A stretch of 64,000 nt of DNA from an uncultured Methanosarcinaceae archaeon (GTDB lineage: Archaea; Halobacteriota; Methanosarcinia; Methanosarcinales; Methanosarcinaceae): contig CAVTET010000001.1 of the NCBI GenBank assembly GCA_963733675.1, positions 320,001 through 384,000 on the forward strand. The letters run 5' to 3'. The notes beneath the pieces are model-generated. The model did not search any database and had not been told where the DNA came from. It was given only the letters and a program-made list of their open reading frames with translations. Positions 19,598 through 32,082 of the stretch are shown here, piece by piece. Each line of letters opens with the position of its first letter. The stretch's first letter is position 1. The position numbers were made by a program, and so were the translations under genes.

Positions 19598-21127
19598 TTA
19601 AAAATATCCCACATCCAATTCATTCTCAAGTGCTTCTGTAACTTTTTCAGGATTAGTATTCTAGAATATCACTTATTATTTGATTCCACAACAGTCCATT
19701 ATAACAGTTGTGGTGCTTGTTTTCTGAAGCATATCATCAACAACAATTTTATATTTGTCCCATGGATATCGGTTTCGCCAGTTTTCATCTGTTATTTTCC
19801 AAATTTTTTCGGGATTGTTTTGCCGATTTTTGCAACGTTCTAGCTGAGCATCCTTATCAATTTGAAGCCAGAATTTTAGAATAGTCGCTCCTGTTCCTAC
19901 AGGAATATTTTCAAATTCGTTTATTTCCCCCTATAAGCACGTTTCTATTCCCAGTCACTGTAGAGCTTCTCTACCCTTTCTACAAAGACTCTGCAATACC
20001 AGCTCCGTTCGAAAATCGTTATGTTTCCCGCATAAGGGACCACTTCACAAAAGCGCCAAAGGTATTGACGTGCCTTTTCAATATCATTTGGCGGGCCCGC
20101 GGATACACCCTGTAGAGTCCTAGGGTTCAGCTCTTTACCAAGGTTGTGAATATCTCCCCCTTTGTCTGTGGCAGCCTAGCCTTCAAATACTATAATTATG
20201 GAGCGTTTTTCTTGAAAAGCTCGTACTGGAGGTTTTCAAGTTTTTGTTGGTACAGCTTTTTGGATTCTTCTTATTCCTTATGTAAGATGGTTTTGGACAG
20301 GTCGACTTTTCCAAGACAGAGGCACCAAGTTCAGGGAGCTTGATATTTCTCTATACAGGTATTTAATTGTCTGCTGCCCTGGAGTACGTGTCATATCCTC
20401 AATATAAGTTTCGATGACCTGAGTTGCAGTCGTGATAATTTGGAAGGTTGCAAAGTTTCTGTCATTTGCTCCCACTACAGTCCAGTGGGTATAGAGCATG
20501 TCTATTTTTTCAAGCACTTTTTCTATAATTGGCATGTACTCATTATATTCATAAATGAAATCCAACTTCTTCCCATTTTTCTTTCTTTTTTCCTTTTCGT
20601 ATTCATCCAGGATTAATGGAATGCCTTTTTTTAATTTTCTTGAAATGATCTTCTTGCTCTTTTTTTACTTACATGGAGGAAAAACTTCAGTATAAGGTAC
20701 CTATCATCTGAAAGCTGACACTCGAAGCAATTTATTTTTTCCAGACATTTCTCAAGTTTTTCTTTGGATTTTCCCTTCCTGAAGTGTTTTACGATCTCCG
20801 GCTGTACCAGCTCTGATAAAATATCGCAATTTTACCTTTTACTAGAATAAAATTCCAAAAATGCAAAAGGAAAGTTTTGAGTGCATCTTCATAGGAGGCG
20901 AAAGTCATGATGTGAAAATCTTATTCTCTCGAGTCCAGAGGCAATATGAAAAGTTTGATGTCTTCTACCATCCCAGATGCATGCCAGCCTTCGAAAACGA
21001 AAATGATGAGGATCTTCAATTCTCGGGTCTTACGTTAGAGCTCACCGAGCTTAACCTCAAGTATTTTCATAGGTTTTTCATATTCACTGTGTTTTATTGC
21101 CGGAGCCATGTCAATATTTTCAAGCAT
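19598..21127 (-). pseudogene. Polyphosphate:AMP phosphotransferase (two-domain PPK2) pseudogene
   Basis: Fragments MLENIDM, FEGWHASG, IAIFYQSWY, WTVVGAND, QYLWRF, IFERSWY, WKITDENWRNR with many stops and frameshifts. Confidence 0.85.
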
Positions 21128-21592
21128 ACAATAACCCCAAGTTTATCGATTAAAGTTGTCCGATTAATTCAGCTATTTGGTTTTGATCTTTAGAAGTAAT
21201 TTTTATGATAATACATAAAGGTAATATTTGAATCCACTTTTGGTAGGTAGACATTAGAATTTATGCAGATGGACTAAAGAAGCAATAGTGTTAAACCTTT
21301 AACCCATTAAACATGACGTTGATCATAATGTCAAATGCATTCGATTTTGTTCCTTTAGTGAATAGCCTTATCCAGTCTAAAGAAAAATAGACTTATATAT
21401 GAGGCTGCCAAATTTAACCCCAGGGCTGAAACTAAAGCCAAATGTATGCAGCAGATGATTTAGTAAAGAATCATTTAGTAAGCTTTGCCTAAAGGTCATT
21501 CCATTCTTAATTCTTAAGATTTTCAGGATGCCTTCATGATCAGGAATCGGTCATTATCCGAAATAAGATGTTAAAGAAACAAATTTCAAGTT

Positions 21593-21706
21593 TAGGACTT
21601 TGCTGTTGAACTGAAAAACAGCAAAATTAAATGTTTAACTGTTTAAATCCAAGTATTCTGATGAGACTGATTGTACTTGATTTTATCACTAAACCGCGTA
21701 CTCCTA
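21593..21706. repeat. TAGGACTTACGCA-type MITE (degenerate)
   Basis: TAGGACTT ... GCGTACTCCTA; reverse complement resembles 22712-22827. Confidence 0.5.
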
Positions 21707-21834
21707 AAACTTTGGGATCGGCTCAGTCACAAACCTGAAATATTATCTTTACCGAATTCTCATGGACTACTCGAATTTCGTATAGAATTTGAGTTTCCTA
21801 ACAATTGTGCTTTTGCTAAATTAAAAGGTGAATC

Positions 21835-22668
21835 ATGTCTCACATAATGGAAATAATGGGAAAAACAAGGGTAGTAATAAAGGATGGCGAAGTTATCGAA
21901 GTTGGAGATTCTGAGATCGAATGGTGTCCCCTCATTGCCAAGTTAAACGGAATCCAAAAAATTACCTCAGAAGAAGTCAAAAAGAATGTAGAGTCCAAGA
22001 TCAGTAACTTAGGAATGTTCACAGCTAAGCGCCAACTCCTTGAACAAGATACTTTTGTGGCTTTTGGAGCCTCCGAAATAATGATGTCTGGCTTACGTAG
22101 TGGTTCCCTTGAGGCAACTGTAACTGTCTGCGATGGAGCAGGAACTGTCATATCCAACAATCCTGATCTTGTCCAGGGTATAGGCGGTAGGATATCAGGT
22201 TTGATAAAAACTGAGCCCATCAAGGATGTTATAAATGGGATTCAAAAATTCGGCGGAATTGTTCTTGACACTAAAACTGCAGTCATCGACCCTGCAGGTG
22301 GAGTAAAAAAAGCTGCAGATCTTGGTTACAAAAAGATAGCAGTAACTGTAGCTAATCCAAAAACCGCAAAAAAACTGAGAGAACTCGAAGCTGAACTTGA
22401 ACTTGATCTTATAGTAATTGCTGTACATGTTACAGGAGTCAGCAAGGAAGAAGCTCAAAGTCTTCTGGAAAATTCAGATATAGTTATCAGTTGCGCTTCT
22501 AAACATATAAGGGAACTTGCGAAACCATTCGTTCAAGTTGCAGCTGCTATCCCATTATTTGTCATAACGCAGAAAGGAAAAGAAATCGTGATTGAGAGAG
22601 CGAAAGATATCAAAAGCCCAATTTTGATAACTACTACAGAATTGCCAGTGATACCCAGGCATAAGTAG
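21835..22668 (+). CDS. Methanogenesis marker 8 protein (DUF2099 family); may read through TAG to 22686
   Basis: HIMEIMGKTRVVIKDG, CPL, FGASEIMM, VCDGAGTV, QGIGGRISG, HVTG, CASK. Confidence 0.9.
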   Translation: MSHIMEIMGKTRVVIKDGEVIEVGDSEIEWCPLIAKLNGIQKITSEEVKKNVESKISNLGMFTAKRQLLEQDTFVAFGASEIMMSGLRSGSLEATVTVCDGAGTVISNNPDLVQGIGGRISGLIKTEPIKDVINGIQKFGGIVLDTKTAVIDPAGGVKKAADLGYKKIAVTVANPKTAKKLRELEAELELDLIVIAVHVTGVSKEEAQSLLENSDIVISCASKHIRELAKPFVQVAAAIPLFVITQKGKEIVIERAKDIKSPILITTTELPVIPRHK

Positions 22669-22711
22669 CCTCGAGAATTAAAATAAAGTAGCCGTATCTA
22701 TTATGTACCCA

Positions 22712-22827
22712 TAGAATTTGCGCACTCTAAGTAACAAATCAAGGTCATTAAACTTCATGGTTTAAATTTACATTTAAGACATTTAACGGTTCAATGTTGT
22801 TTTTCATTTCAAATGCGTAAGTCATAC
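22712..22827. repeat. TAGGACTTACGCA-type MITE (degenerate)
   Basis: TAGAATTTGCGCA ... TGCGTAAGTCATA. Confidence 0.5.
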
Positions 22828-23182
22828 CCCTCAAATATAGAATCAAACCTACTTTTAAGACGTGCTCTTAGATATTTGAGGCTTTCGTTGAGAACTTAGG
22901 TAAATTTAAGATATTTATATCATTTCAACTTCTAGAAATTAGAGCTTTAAGAGCAAAATCAGTAAGAGTTTTCATAAGTAGAAATTAATGTTAAGAAATT
23001 TAAACTCTCAATACTCAAATGCATAGGAGTTAATCTATCCTAGAGTCGCTTAAGTGGTTTCCACAGGCTAATGGTTTTGGTGACTGTGGAGAGTATATTA
23101 ACGGGTGTGGAGTAGATGGAATGCTCCATATGGATTTTCTCTCATAAAGACAATTAGCTATCACAAAACACTAGCAAATTGA

Positions 23183-23681
23183 TTAAGGTTTAGACTTATA
23201 AGCTTTCAATAGACTTGCCGCTCTATTAGCATGTTTTGTGACGGAATAAAGACTTTGAATAGCTTGTTCCATATCAGAGTTTCCGGCTTCAATATTTTTT
23301 TTATAAGCTTTGACTCCGTGATAAATACAAACTGCTGCGCTGTTGGCTTGTACCATTTCTAGTCGAGATTCATCTTTTGCACTTTGTAAATCAGGCGATA
23401 CACTGTATAAATCACTATCATTTTAACGCAGTATCTATGTATTTCATGTCATTACTTACAACAAGCGAATCTGATAGATACGTCGCCAACCATTGAGAAT
23501 CTTGATTGTTTATTGTTTCATTTATTGGTATAGGAGCCAGGGTAGGAACTGGCATTGAAACTTCTATTTCTGCTTTCCCATAACACAAAACCATTGGAAT
23601 AGTTGCCAAAATCAAAAAACAATAAATTATCATGAAAATATTCAGTATCCTTTTTATCTTCTCAAATTCTTGTTTCCCCAT
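23183..23681 (-). pseudogene. Secreted or anchored protein with KQ-F-KIK leader, frameshifted
   Basis: MGKQEFEKIKRILNIF...DTALK*, continuing in another frame as NDSDLYSVSPDLQSAKDE...KAYKSKP*. Confidence 0.6.
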
Positions 23682-24081
23682 ATATTATACCCCCTATTTT
23701 CACTAAATTTTGATGTGCTGATGATGTACATGCCTAACGATGTTTATTTTTGTCACCGTAATTATTTTAAATTAATTATATGAAAAATAGTTTCTTAACA
23801 AAAGTTACTCCGATATCAAATTTTTGTAAGTTAAAAAAAATAAATATTAGTAATATTTTTTTTATTATTTTTGGATTCTTCAAAATTTAGTACTAAGTTC
23901 GTCCCTAAAAGGTAATGCAGATCAATCTATGGTTAATATGTATTGCTTTTTAGGAAAAAGCTCAATGTTGAGCTTGTGAAAAAATCATGGTATATACTAT
24001 ATTATTAATATAAAAATATAGTTGAATTTTAAAATATTTTATTGGAAAGCAAATTCAATATGATAGCTGCAATTTGACTTA

Positions 24082-24953
24082 GAAGCTATCCGAAAAGTCC
24101 TGCTGATCTTAATGTTATCAATGCGCACGCTAAATGTAGGATAGCAAGGTAATTTTCAATTTTCTTTTCCCATCTTATAAGGAGTCTTCTGAATCTATTC
24201 AGCCAAGAATGTGTCCTTTCTACAACCCATCTTCTTGCCCTAAAACCAGGTATTTCTCTTCTTATGTTTTCTTCTCCACGACTTTTGATATGCGCAGTAT
24301 AACCATATTCTTCAACCAATTTTCTGATATCGTTGAAATCATAACCCTTATCCATGCATATATTCTGAATTATGTCTTCTGGAGAAGGTCTTTCAAAGAA
24401 TATGGCGTCTAAAGTCCTTTTTACAAGCTTTATATCGTGACGATTGGCTCCATCAACGACAACAGAAAGTGATATGCCTTTACCATCAGTTAAAACACTC
24501 CTTTTTGTACCTTTTTTGCCACGATCAGTAGGATTGGCTCCTGTTCCAGTTCCACCTAATGGTGCTTTTGTCATAGCACCATCAATTGATTGTCATTCCC
24601 ATTCTAATCCTTTTTCGAAATCATACTCAACAAGACCAGCCATCCACATGCTCTCAAATAAGCCTGATAGTTGCCATTCCTGAAATAGATCATGTACAGT
24701 GCTTGGAGCTCCATAAAATCGTGGCAATGCTTTCCATTGGCAAACAGTAAAAAGGAGATAGAAAATGCCACTCATTATTTTCCTATCACCCTTTCTAGGT
24801 CTTCAAGACTTCTTTTTTGGCTTAGGTACATGTAGTAAAGGTTCTATTCTTCCCCAATAATCTTTAGAAAATTTGTAGTCCTGAACAAATTTCCGTTTTG
24901 TCATTACCACACATGATCTTAAATTGAAAGTAGATTATTTTTCGGATAGGCTC
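24082..24953 (-). mobile_element. IS5-family element, 872 bp, copy 2 (two TGA stops)
   Basis: Near-identical to copy 1, TTA flanks, intact C-terminal RWVVERTHSWL. Confidence 0.95.
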
Positions 24954-25360
24954 TTAGAGATATACAGCTTTTATAATAAAATATATGTATTTTTCTCAAA
25001 TTCAAGTATAAAAATGGTACAATCCATTTTAATACAATCAAGTGTAACAATAAATTCCCACATCAACATATATATCGCCTGAAGTAGCCAATGAATTTCA
25101 CACTATATAAGAAAAAACTAAAAATTTCAGCTTTGATGACTTTTCCAGATGATGCATGGACAGCTTTGAGTAGAATTACAGGATCGATGACTATGCTTGC
25201 ATTCTCTTCCTTCTCATACATGCATAGTTTTTCATATAAAACCTGTTCATCAATGAAACAACAAAAACATAACTTTATTAGTTTATTGAATATAATTAGA
25301 CTGTAAATATAAATATCATTTCAATAGTATTAAACTATATTGATATAATAATACAATCTA

Positions 25361-25412
<52 letters not shown>

Positions 25413-25542
25413 TAATTTAAATTCTGTACTACTTCATATACAACACTAGTGCAGGTTTAGGAATGATAATCAATTGGTAAAACAATGGCTATGCAATAAA
25501 TTAGTTTAGGAGTGTTTATTCTGATAAACTATCCGATTATAA

Positions 25543-26396
25543 GGTTCCGTTGCAAAAATCCTTTCTAATGATACAATAGAATAAAACGAAAACCAAAGAT
25601 AGTAATATGCTATCTAATTCCTTTAAATGGAAGCATTATGAAGGAGAAATTATCCTATTGAATGTAAGATGGTACTTAAAATATCCATTGAGCTATAGAA
25701 ATTTAAAGGAAATGATGATAGAAAGAGGATTTCAAGTTGATCACAGTACTATAATGAGATGGGTACATCAATATTCCCCTGAACTAGAAAAGAAGATAAG
25801 AAGACATTTAAGACTAACAAACTATTCGTGGAAAGTTGATGAAACCTATATCAAAATAAAAAGTAAATGGAAATATTTTTACCGAGCAGTTGACTCAAAT
25901 GGAGATACAATTGATTTCATGTTAAGTGCAAAACGAAATCGAAATGCAGCGAAGAGATTTTTTAAGAAAGCTTTGAGTTCTAATCATAATCAAATTCCAA
26001 GAGTAATAACAGTTGATAAGAATCCAGCTTATTCACCTGCTATAAGTAAACTGAAAAATGATAAAATACTACCTAAAAACGTAGGCATTCGACAAATCAA
26101 GTATTTGAATAACATTATAGAACAAGATCCTAGATTTATAAAGCGAATCGTTAATCCAATGTTAGGATTTCAGTCTTTTCAATCTGCTAATAAGACTTTA
26201 AAAGGAATTGAAGCTATGAATATGATCAAAAAAGGACAAGTAAATGATCTAAATTACTCTGTTCTTAATGAAGTCAAATACATTAATCAATTATTTGATA
26301 TAGTTTTATAATGTTAGTACATTTTCCTTGAATGTTTTGATTTTTATTAATCACTTATAGATTTACATATTTTGTTGAAGTTTTTGCAACGGAACC
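25543..26396 (+). mobile_element. IS6-family element, copy B (transposase 25607-26311; EQDHR changed to EQDPR)
   Basis: TIRs GGTTCCGTTGCAAAAA, DDE motifs; no TSD. Confidence 0.97.
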
Positions 26397-27026
26397 CTTG
26401 CCAATTCTGGAATTGCCGAAGAAGATATAAATAGCGTGTATGCAACTGGATATGGACGGAACAGCATAAAATTTGCCGATGGAACAATAAGTGAGATTAC
26501 CGCTCATGCTATGGGCGTTTATCACCTGTACCCAGATGTTAACGGGATTATCGACATAGGAGGTCAGGATAGTAAGGTTATCTCAGTGAATGATGGCAAA
26601 GTAACCGATTTTTTAGTGAACGATAAATGCGCAGCAGGCACAGGTAAATTTTTAGAGTACACCGCGAGAGCTCTTGAAGTGCCTATAGAGGAATTTGGTT
26701 TTTTGGCACTAAGCTCAAAAGAACCAGCTAGCATATCAAGTATGTGTACTGTCTTCGCCGAGTCCGAGGCTATATCACTAAGAGCGAGAGGGTTTAAGAA
26801 GGAAAATATTGCGGCAGGACTCATCGAAAGCGTTTCTAGAAGAGTTGTTGTCATGGCCCGACAAGCAGGATTAAACCAAAACGTGGCTTTTGTGGGCGGT
26901 GTGGCGAAAAACGTTGGTATTAAGATAGCATTGGAAAAAGAGTTGGGAATATCACTCTACGTTCCCCCAAACCTGCAGATCACGGGAGCACTTGGAGCTG
27001 CACTAATCAATTGTGAACTAAAATAA
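26397..27026 (+). pseudogene. 2-hydroxyacyl-CoA dehydratase activator (HgdC/BadF-BcrA ATPase), 5' end removed by IS6
   Basis: ATGYGR, IDIGGQDSK, NDKCAAGTGKF, SSMCTVFAESE; frame open from the IS end, N-terminal GID-GS motif missing. Confidence 0.88.
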
Positions 27027-27897
27027 ACATTATTATATAAGGAAGATATCTCCTTCTCTTCAGGATTTAGTCTTTAAAATTGTATTAGTTTCTAGTCATT
27101 AGTTATTGAGTATCTGTAGAATGATAGCTACCTTTATTCATATAGTAGTTGGTTATACTTAAATTCGGAACTTGATGTCACTATATTGAAATATGACCTG
27201 ATTTGATTTATTCTAAGCTAATACGACTATTTACAAAAAACGATCACTCAACAAATTCGATCTTTACGATAATTCAAAACTATTAGCGTACGATTTTTTC
27301 CGTTTCGTTACATGACCCCATTCTGATAATTTTCTTAATCTCTATCCAAAAGTTGTGACTATTATCACTATCAGAATAATTTCCCATACCGAAAGCGGAA
27401 GAAAGACAGTCTTCAAATATGGGGGAACAATGGGTATATTTGTCATTCTTGTGGTCAGATGAGCATCAAGGGCCAGCAGCTGCACAATGAGGACGAGCAG
27501 ATTGGTCATTTAAATGAGAATGTGCATAACAGGCTGTACATATTCAAACTTTAATCCAGGAAAATAGCAGGCTAAACATCAAGCTGCTTCCGGGCAACAC
27601 CGAAAAAAGTAAGGCTTGGTGGCTATTTTGGTAACTCCTACTACAATTCTCAAAATTGCTCAAACTTCGCTAAAATTTGTTTTCTAATTATATCTGCTTC
27701 CTTTACTGTTATCTCAACATTTTCGTTCCTATTTCCTGAAACAACATTTGTTTTCAGATATCGAATGATTCTGTTGTATGTAAATCAGAACCATTAAAAT
27801 GTTGGATAACAGCTTATATATCATAGCTGTTTCATCCTAATAATTTGATCAATGAATTCTTTATAATTGTCAAAACTATATTTTCTATTGATCTTCT

Positions 27898-28353
27898 ATG
27901 CTTGAAGAATACGAGAAGAAGAAACATTTTGAAAAAACTCATGAGCCCTTTACTCGTGGTTCGCACGAAAGCGTCGACAGGCCTATTTATGTAGTACAAC
28001 GCCATTATGCGCGCAACCTGCATTACGATTTCCGCCTGGAGATGGATGGAGTTCTGAAAAGCTGGGCCATGCCAAAGCAACCGCCAAAAAAGATAGGTCT
28101 CAAAAGGCTCGCTATCCTGACTGAAGATCATCCTCTTTCATATGCAGATTTTGAGGGGGAAATTCCGAAAGGAGAATATGGAGCTGGCAAGGTTGGGATC
28201 TGGGATAAAGGAACTTTTGAGCTTCAAAAACGTGAGGAAAAAGAGATTGTTGTGATACTCAATGGGGAGGAGCTGAAAGGGAATTATATTTTGATCAGGA
28301 CAAAATATGGAAAATGTGAGAATGAATGGCTTTTCTTTAAAAGGGCAGACTAA
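27898..28353 (+). CDS. Stand-alone DNA ligase D 3'-phosphoesterase domain
   Basis: VQRHYARNLHYDFRLE, LKSWAMPK, KRLAILTEDHPLSYADFEGEIP..YGAG.V..WDKG. Confidence 0.93.
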   Translation: MLEEYEKKKHFEKTHEPFTRGSHESVDRPIYVVQRHYARNLHYDFRLEMDGVLKSWAMPKQPPKKIGLKRLAILTEDHPLSYADFEGEIPKGEYGAGKVGIWDKGTFELQKREEKEIVVILNGEELKGNYILIRTKYGKCENEWLFFKRAD

Positions 28354-29084
28354 AAATAATCATGGGGATCGATTCAAATAGTAAAGGCAGATTTCCTATT
28401 TCTTAAATTTTCAGTTTAAAATATCGCTGAAATGATCTTTCACCATGTTATTATTTAGAAAAACCCGAAGATCGCTCCATCTGATGGGGAATATCCATCA
28501 ATTTGATTATATTCAGTTATGTGATTGTCAAAATCAAAGCATCAAAATAATCTGAAGATTTCTCAGCACCGATAATCCATTTTGCACATCTGATCTTCAA
28601 TATTCGAAAATGTACAAAACTATGAATTTTACCCTATAATAATAGAGACAACTAACAAGTTCGGCTCGAATGACTTCCCCATATGATCATGGCCGGCTTT
28701 GAGTAGAGTTTCAGGATCAATTACTTCAATTGTATTCTCTACCATCTCACATATTCACAGTTTTTGTTTGAAAAACCATGGATCATTGTTTTTAGATGGT
28801 TATGTTCTACCTAACATTGTAGTTTTTTTTGGCTTGTGTTGGAATTCAGGTTAAAAGTTTTTTTCCAAAATAGATGTTTTGCAAGTTAAAATGTTGTTTC
28901 TGATGAGTATTATTATAATCTTCATAAGTTTAACAAGTAATAGTAATGCCAAAATTATTCCAATAAGTGTGTAAATATATTTTATCAGTAGAAAAGTTTA
29001 CTTTGTATAGTGAAGTATTATTCATTTGTTTTTTTATAGTTATTTTTAAGCAATAATATATGAACAAATATCAAGAGATTAAAA

Positions 29085-29624
29085 ATGAACGAAGCTAAAT
29101 GTGATAAAGCAAGTAGAAAGCATACAATCATGACGGTTTTAGGAATCACTGCATTGGCGCTTTTAATGCTAGTGGGTATAGCAGGCACAGCACAATCTTT
29201 AAATTATTGGTCCCACAAAGGAGGCGAGCTAATAAGCTCAGAAAAGTACAATGAAGCAATAATAGCCTTTGAGAAATCAATTGAAACTAATCCACATGAT
29301 TCATATGCTTGGACTGGCAAAGGCGTAGCTTTAGGGAAATTAGGCAAATCAGATGAAGCAATAAAAGCATTTGACAAAGCAATTGAAATTAATCCATGGT
29401 ATTCAAAAGCTTGGTACAATAAAGGACTTGCTCTAGATCATTTAAATAAATATGATGAAGCAATAAAAGCATTTGACAAAGCAATTGAAATTAATCCTAA
29501 GTATTCAGCAGCTTGGTACAATAAAGCAGTAATTTTAAATAAATTAAGTAAATCAGCTGAAGCAATAAATGCATATGAGAAAGCAATTGAAATTGATCCG
29601 CAACTCAAAAACTTGGCACAATAA
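29085..29624 (+). CDS. Secreted TPR-repeat protein
   Basis: Hydrophobic signal peptide then 34-aa repeats AWYNKG..L..L..DEAIKAFDKAIEINP. Confidence 0.88.
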   Translation: MNEAKCDKASRKHTIMTVLGITALALLMLVGIAGTAQSLNYWSHKGGELISSEKYNEAIIAFEKSIETNPHDSYAWTGKGVALGKLGKSDEAIKAFDKAIEINPWYSKAWYNKGLALDHLNKYDEAIKAFDKAIEINPKYSAAWYNKAVILNKLSKSAEAINAYEKAIEIDPQLKNLAQ

Positions 29625-30286
29625 AAGTAATTTATCTACATAAAAATAAATCCGATTTGTGGGTTGAATAGCTACTTAATTTTCATTTATTCTTATTCTT
29701 TGTGAGATAAACATAATCACTTTTTGCCTCCCATCACAACACATATTTCGACTGACAAATGAGAAAATACATAGTTTTTCGATACAAAATCTATGTATAA
29801 ATCCGGTTTAAAATTTAATAAAATGATGACTGTGCATTTTCAAATAAAATAGAAAAACAAGAAATAGAGCAGTGTAGCGAATTTGCTTTAAATTCAAAGT
29901 TAAGTTTTTGTATAATATGTTTAACTTTGTTCTCTGATGTGGAATTTTCTACCAGATAATTCTTTGAAGGTTGTTATTTTATGGATAATTCGAAACATTT
30001 TCGTGGAGGCTGTCGAATGTGGGTTATCCATGTGATCCCTGTAAAAGTTAAAATTAGTATAATAAAGTTTTATTTGATGAGAATTGGTATTATTTTCTGG
30101 GTTTTTGATTGATTGCAGTCAAATACCAGTGAAATTTATGGTAAAGTTTGGCGATCCAGGAGATCTTCAAAAGTCTGTAATATCATGATTTATTTTGATG
30201 GTGTGTATATCGAATATTGTAAAGTTACAGTAGGTCTCAACTCCTCATATAGGTCTTAATTGACTTCAACGCCGCCATATGATCTA

Positions 30287-30723
30287 TCATAACCTAATTA
30301 TAAATCCAGTTTTTATTCCCTTCTCAAATCCTACTCGTTCATAGAATCTCAGTACACTTTCTTCCTTTCTCCCGGTTAACAACACAACTTCACAACAGTT
30401 ATTCTTTTTTGCCACCTCTATAGCTTTATACAATATTGAAGTCCCATATTCTCTCTTTCTGTATTCTCTATGAGTTATCACATTTTCTATTAATCCAAAA
30501 GGTCTTCCGCTTCTTGTTAAATTATCTATTATAATTAATGTACATGATGAGACTATTATCCCATCATCTTCCACCACAAAATAATATCTGTTTGAATCAT
30601 TGAAACTTTTTTCCCACAATTTGTTTATGCGATCCGTTCCCTTCAAATCAGGATCATCAGGATTTAAGTATATATATACAAATACAGTAATCTATCCAAT
30701 TCTTCAAATTTTATTAACCTCAT
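30287..30723 (-). pseudogene. GNAT acetyltransferase, frameshifted in a (TA)5 tract
   Basis: ATG 30723 MRLIKFEELDRLLYLY; removing one TA joins to LNPDDPDLKG...IENVITHREYRK...LRFYERVGF. Confidence 0.8.
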
Positions 30724-30882
30724 TTTATTATTTATGATATCGTGCTCCAGACTGTGATTTCAACGACTTTGCTATTTCCCCGTAAAAGACCTCCCAGTAA
30801 GTACTGCTAGATTTCAACGTGAAATATATGATTGTTGCCAAATAAAATATCCGTCAAGAGTCGTGCATCCAGCTATTTTTAT

Positions 30883-31001
30883 TGGGACTTACGCACTTGA
30901 AGTCCAGAATCAATACCATTAAAATTAAAATTTTCTAACACTCAATTTTTAATCGTCACATACAATATACTTTATTTAGCATCAGAAGTGCGTAAGTCCT
31001 A
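30883..31001. repeat. 119-bp MITE with near-perfect GGACTTACGCACTT terminal inverted repeats
   Basis: TGGGACTTACGCACTT ... AAGTGCGTAAGTCCTA. Confidence 0.75.
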
Positions 31002-31597
31002 TTTATGCAAGAGCCTGTTTCGAAATTCAATCATTTTCTACAATTGGATAATGAACATGTGGGGTTTAAATTAAGATAAAAACGGTTCAAAAATTTAAAC
31101 GTAAGTTAACCTTGATTTGGGATCTGAAATTCGATGTAGATTTCTGTACATGTTTACTACAAAAACTATCATATTACTATATTATTCTCGAACCTTAGTG
31201 AACCTGCCCTAGTTCTGATCGAAAAAGCTATCTGACAAAAGTACTGAATATTCTCAGACTTTATGTTATGAATTTGAGAATGTATCCACCAAATCCCAAG
31301 ATATTAAATGGAATTACCAGATTCCACAAGTGCAGAAGGTGATGTAGGCAAAAAAGATAAATATATTGGGGACTGTAATATCCCCCCATTTAATTATTGA
31401 GCTCATTTCAAGCTCTATTCAATTTCATTTTTAGTATTTCCTTCGTTTCCTCTATTACAATCAACTTTACTATATTATTTGTTTGGTTTTCTATTTGCAT
31501 TCTACTCGCTTAGTGGTCACAGTACATGGAAATCCCATGCAACATTAGCATCAACTCAATGTGTTATTAAGAGTTGATTTAGAAAGCCTTGCCAACT

Positions 31598-31927
31598 TTA
31601 TTTCTCGTTCTCTCCTTCAGAATCTTCCCACATCACCGTAACTCTAGGACTTTTGCCACGCTCACGAATTGATGTTGTTATCATTCCCAAATCTACCAAC
31701 TCTTGTAATGCCCTTGTGAAAAATCTTTTATTGACACCAAAAATATCCTTTGCTGTAGAACTGGAAATAACAAGATCTATTTTTGTTTGCATTAAATCTT
31801 TAAGATACCAGATATACAAAGTTAATTTTGTAGCATTTACATTACCTTGAAGCAACAAAGCTTTCTGGATTCAAGGAAGTGGAGTATTGGGGATAAAATG
31901 ATGTTTGAGTTTTTTCTTAATTGTCAT
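31598..31927 (-). pseudogene. Winged-helix protein of mobile-element type, internal TGA at 31871-31873
   Basis: MTIKKKLKHHFIPNTPLP*IQKALLL...IWYL...FGVNKRFFTRALQELVDLGMI...RGKSPRVTV. Confidence 0.65.
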
Positions 31928-32082
31928 ATTACCTACCCATATAAAAGTAAATACTAGATATATCTAAAAAATACTAGAGATACATAAAAATAATTAATAG
32001 GACGGAGTAGAATCCGTGTCTATTTAACTAGTCACAGATTCCTATGTAATATTTATCAAGTATCAGAATTTCCGGCTTTAAT

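Noticed and set aside
29340-29600. 102-bp direct repeats
   Set aside because: Explained by 34-aa TPR units
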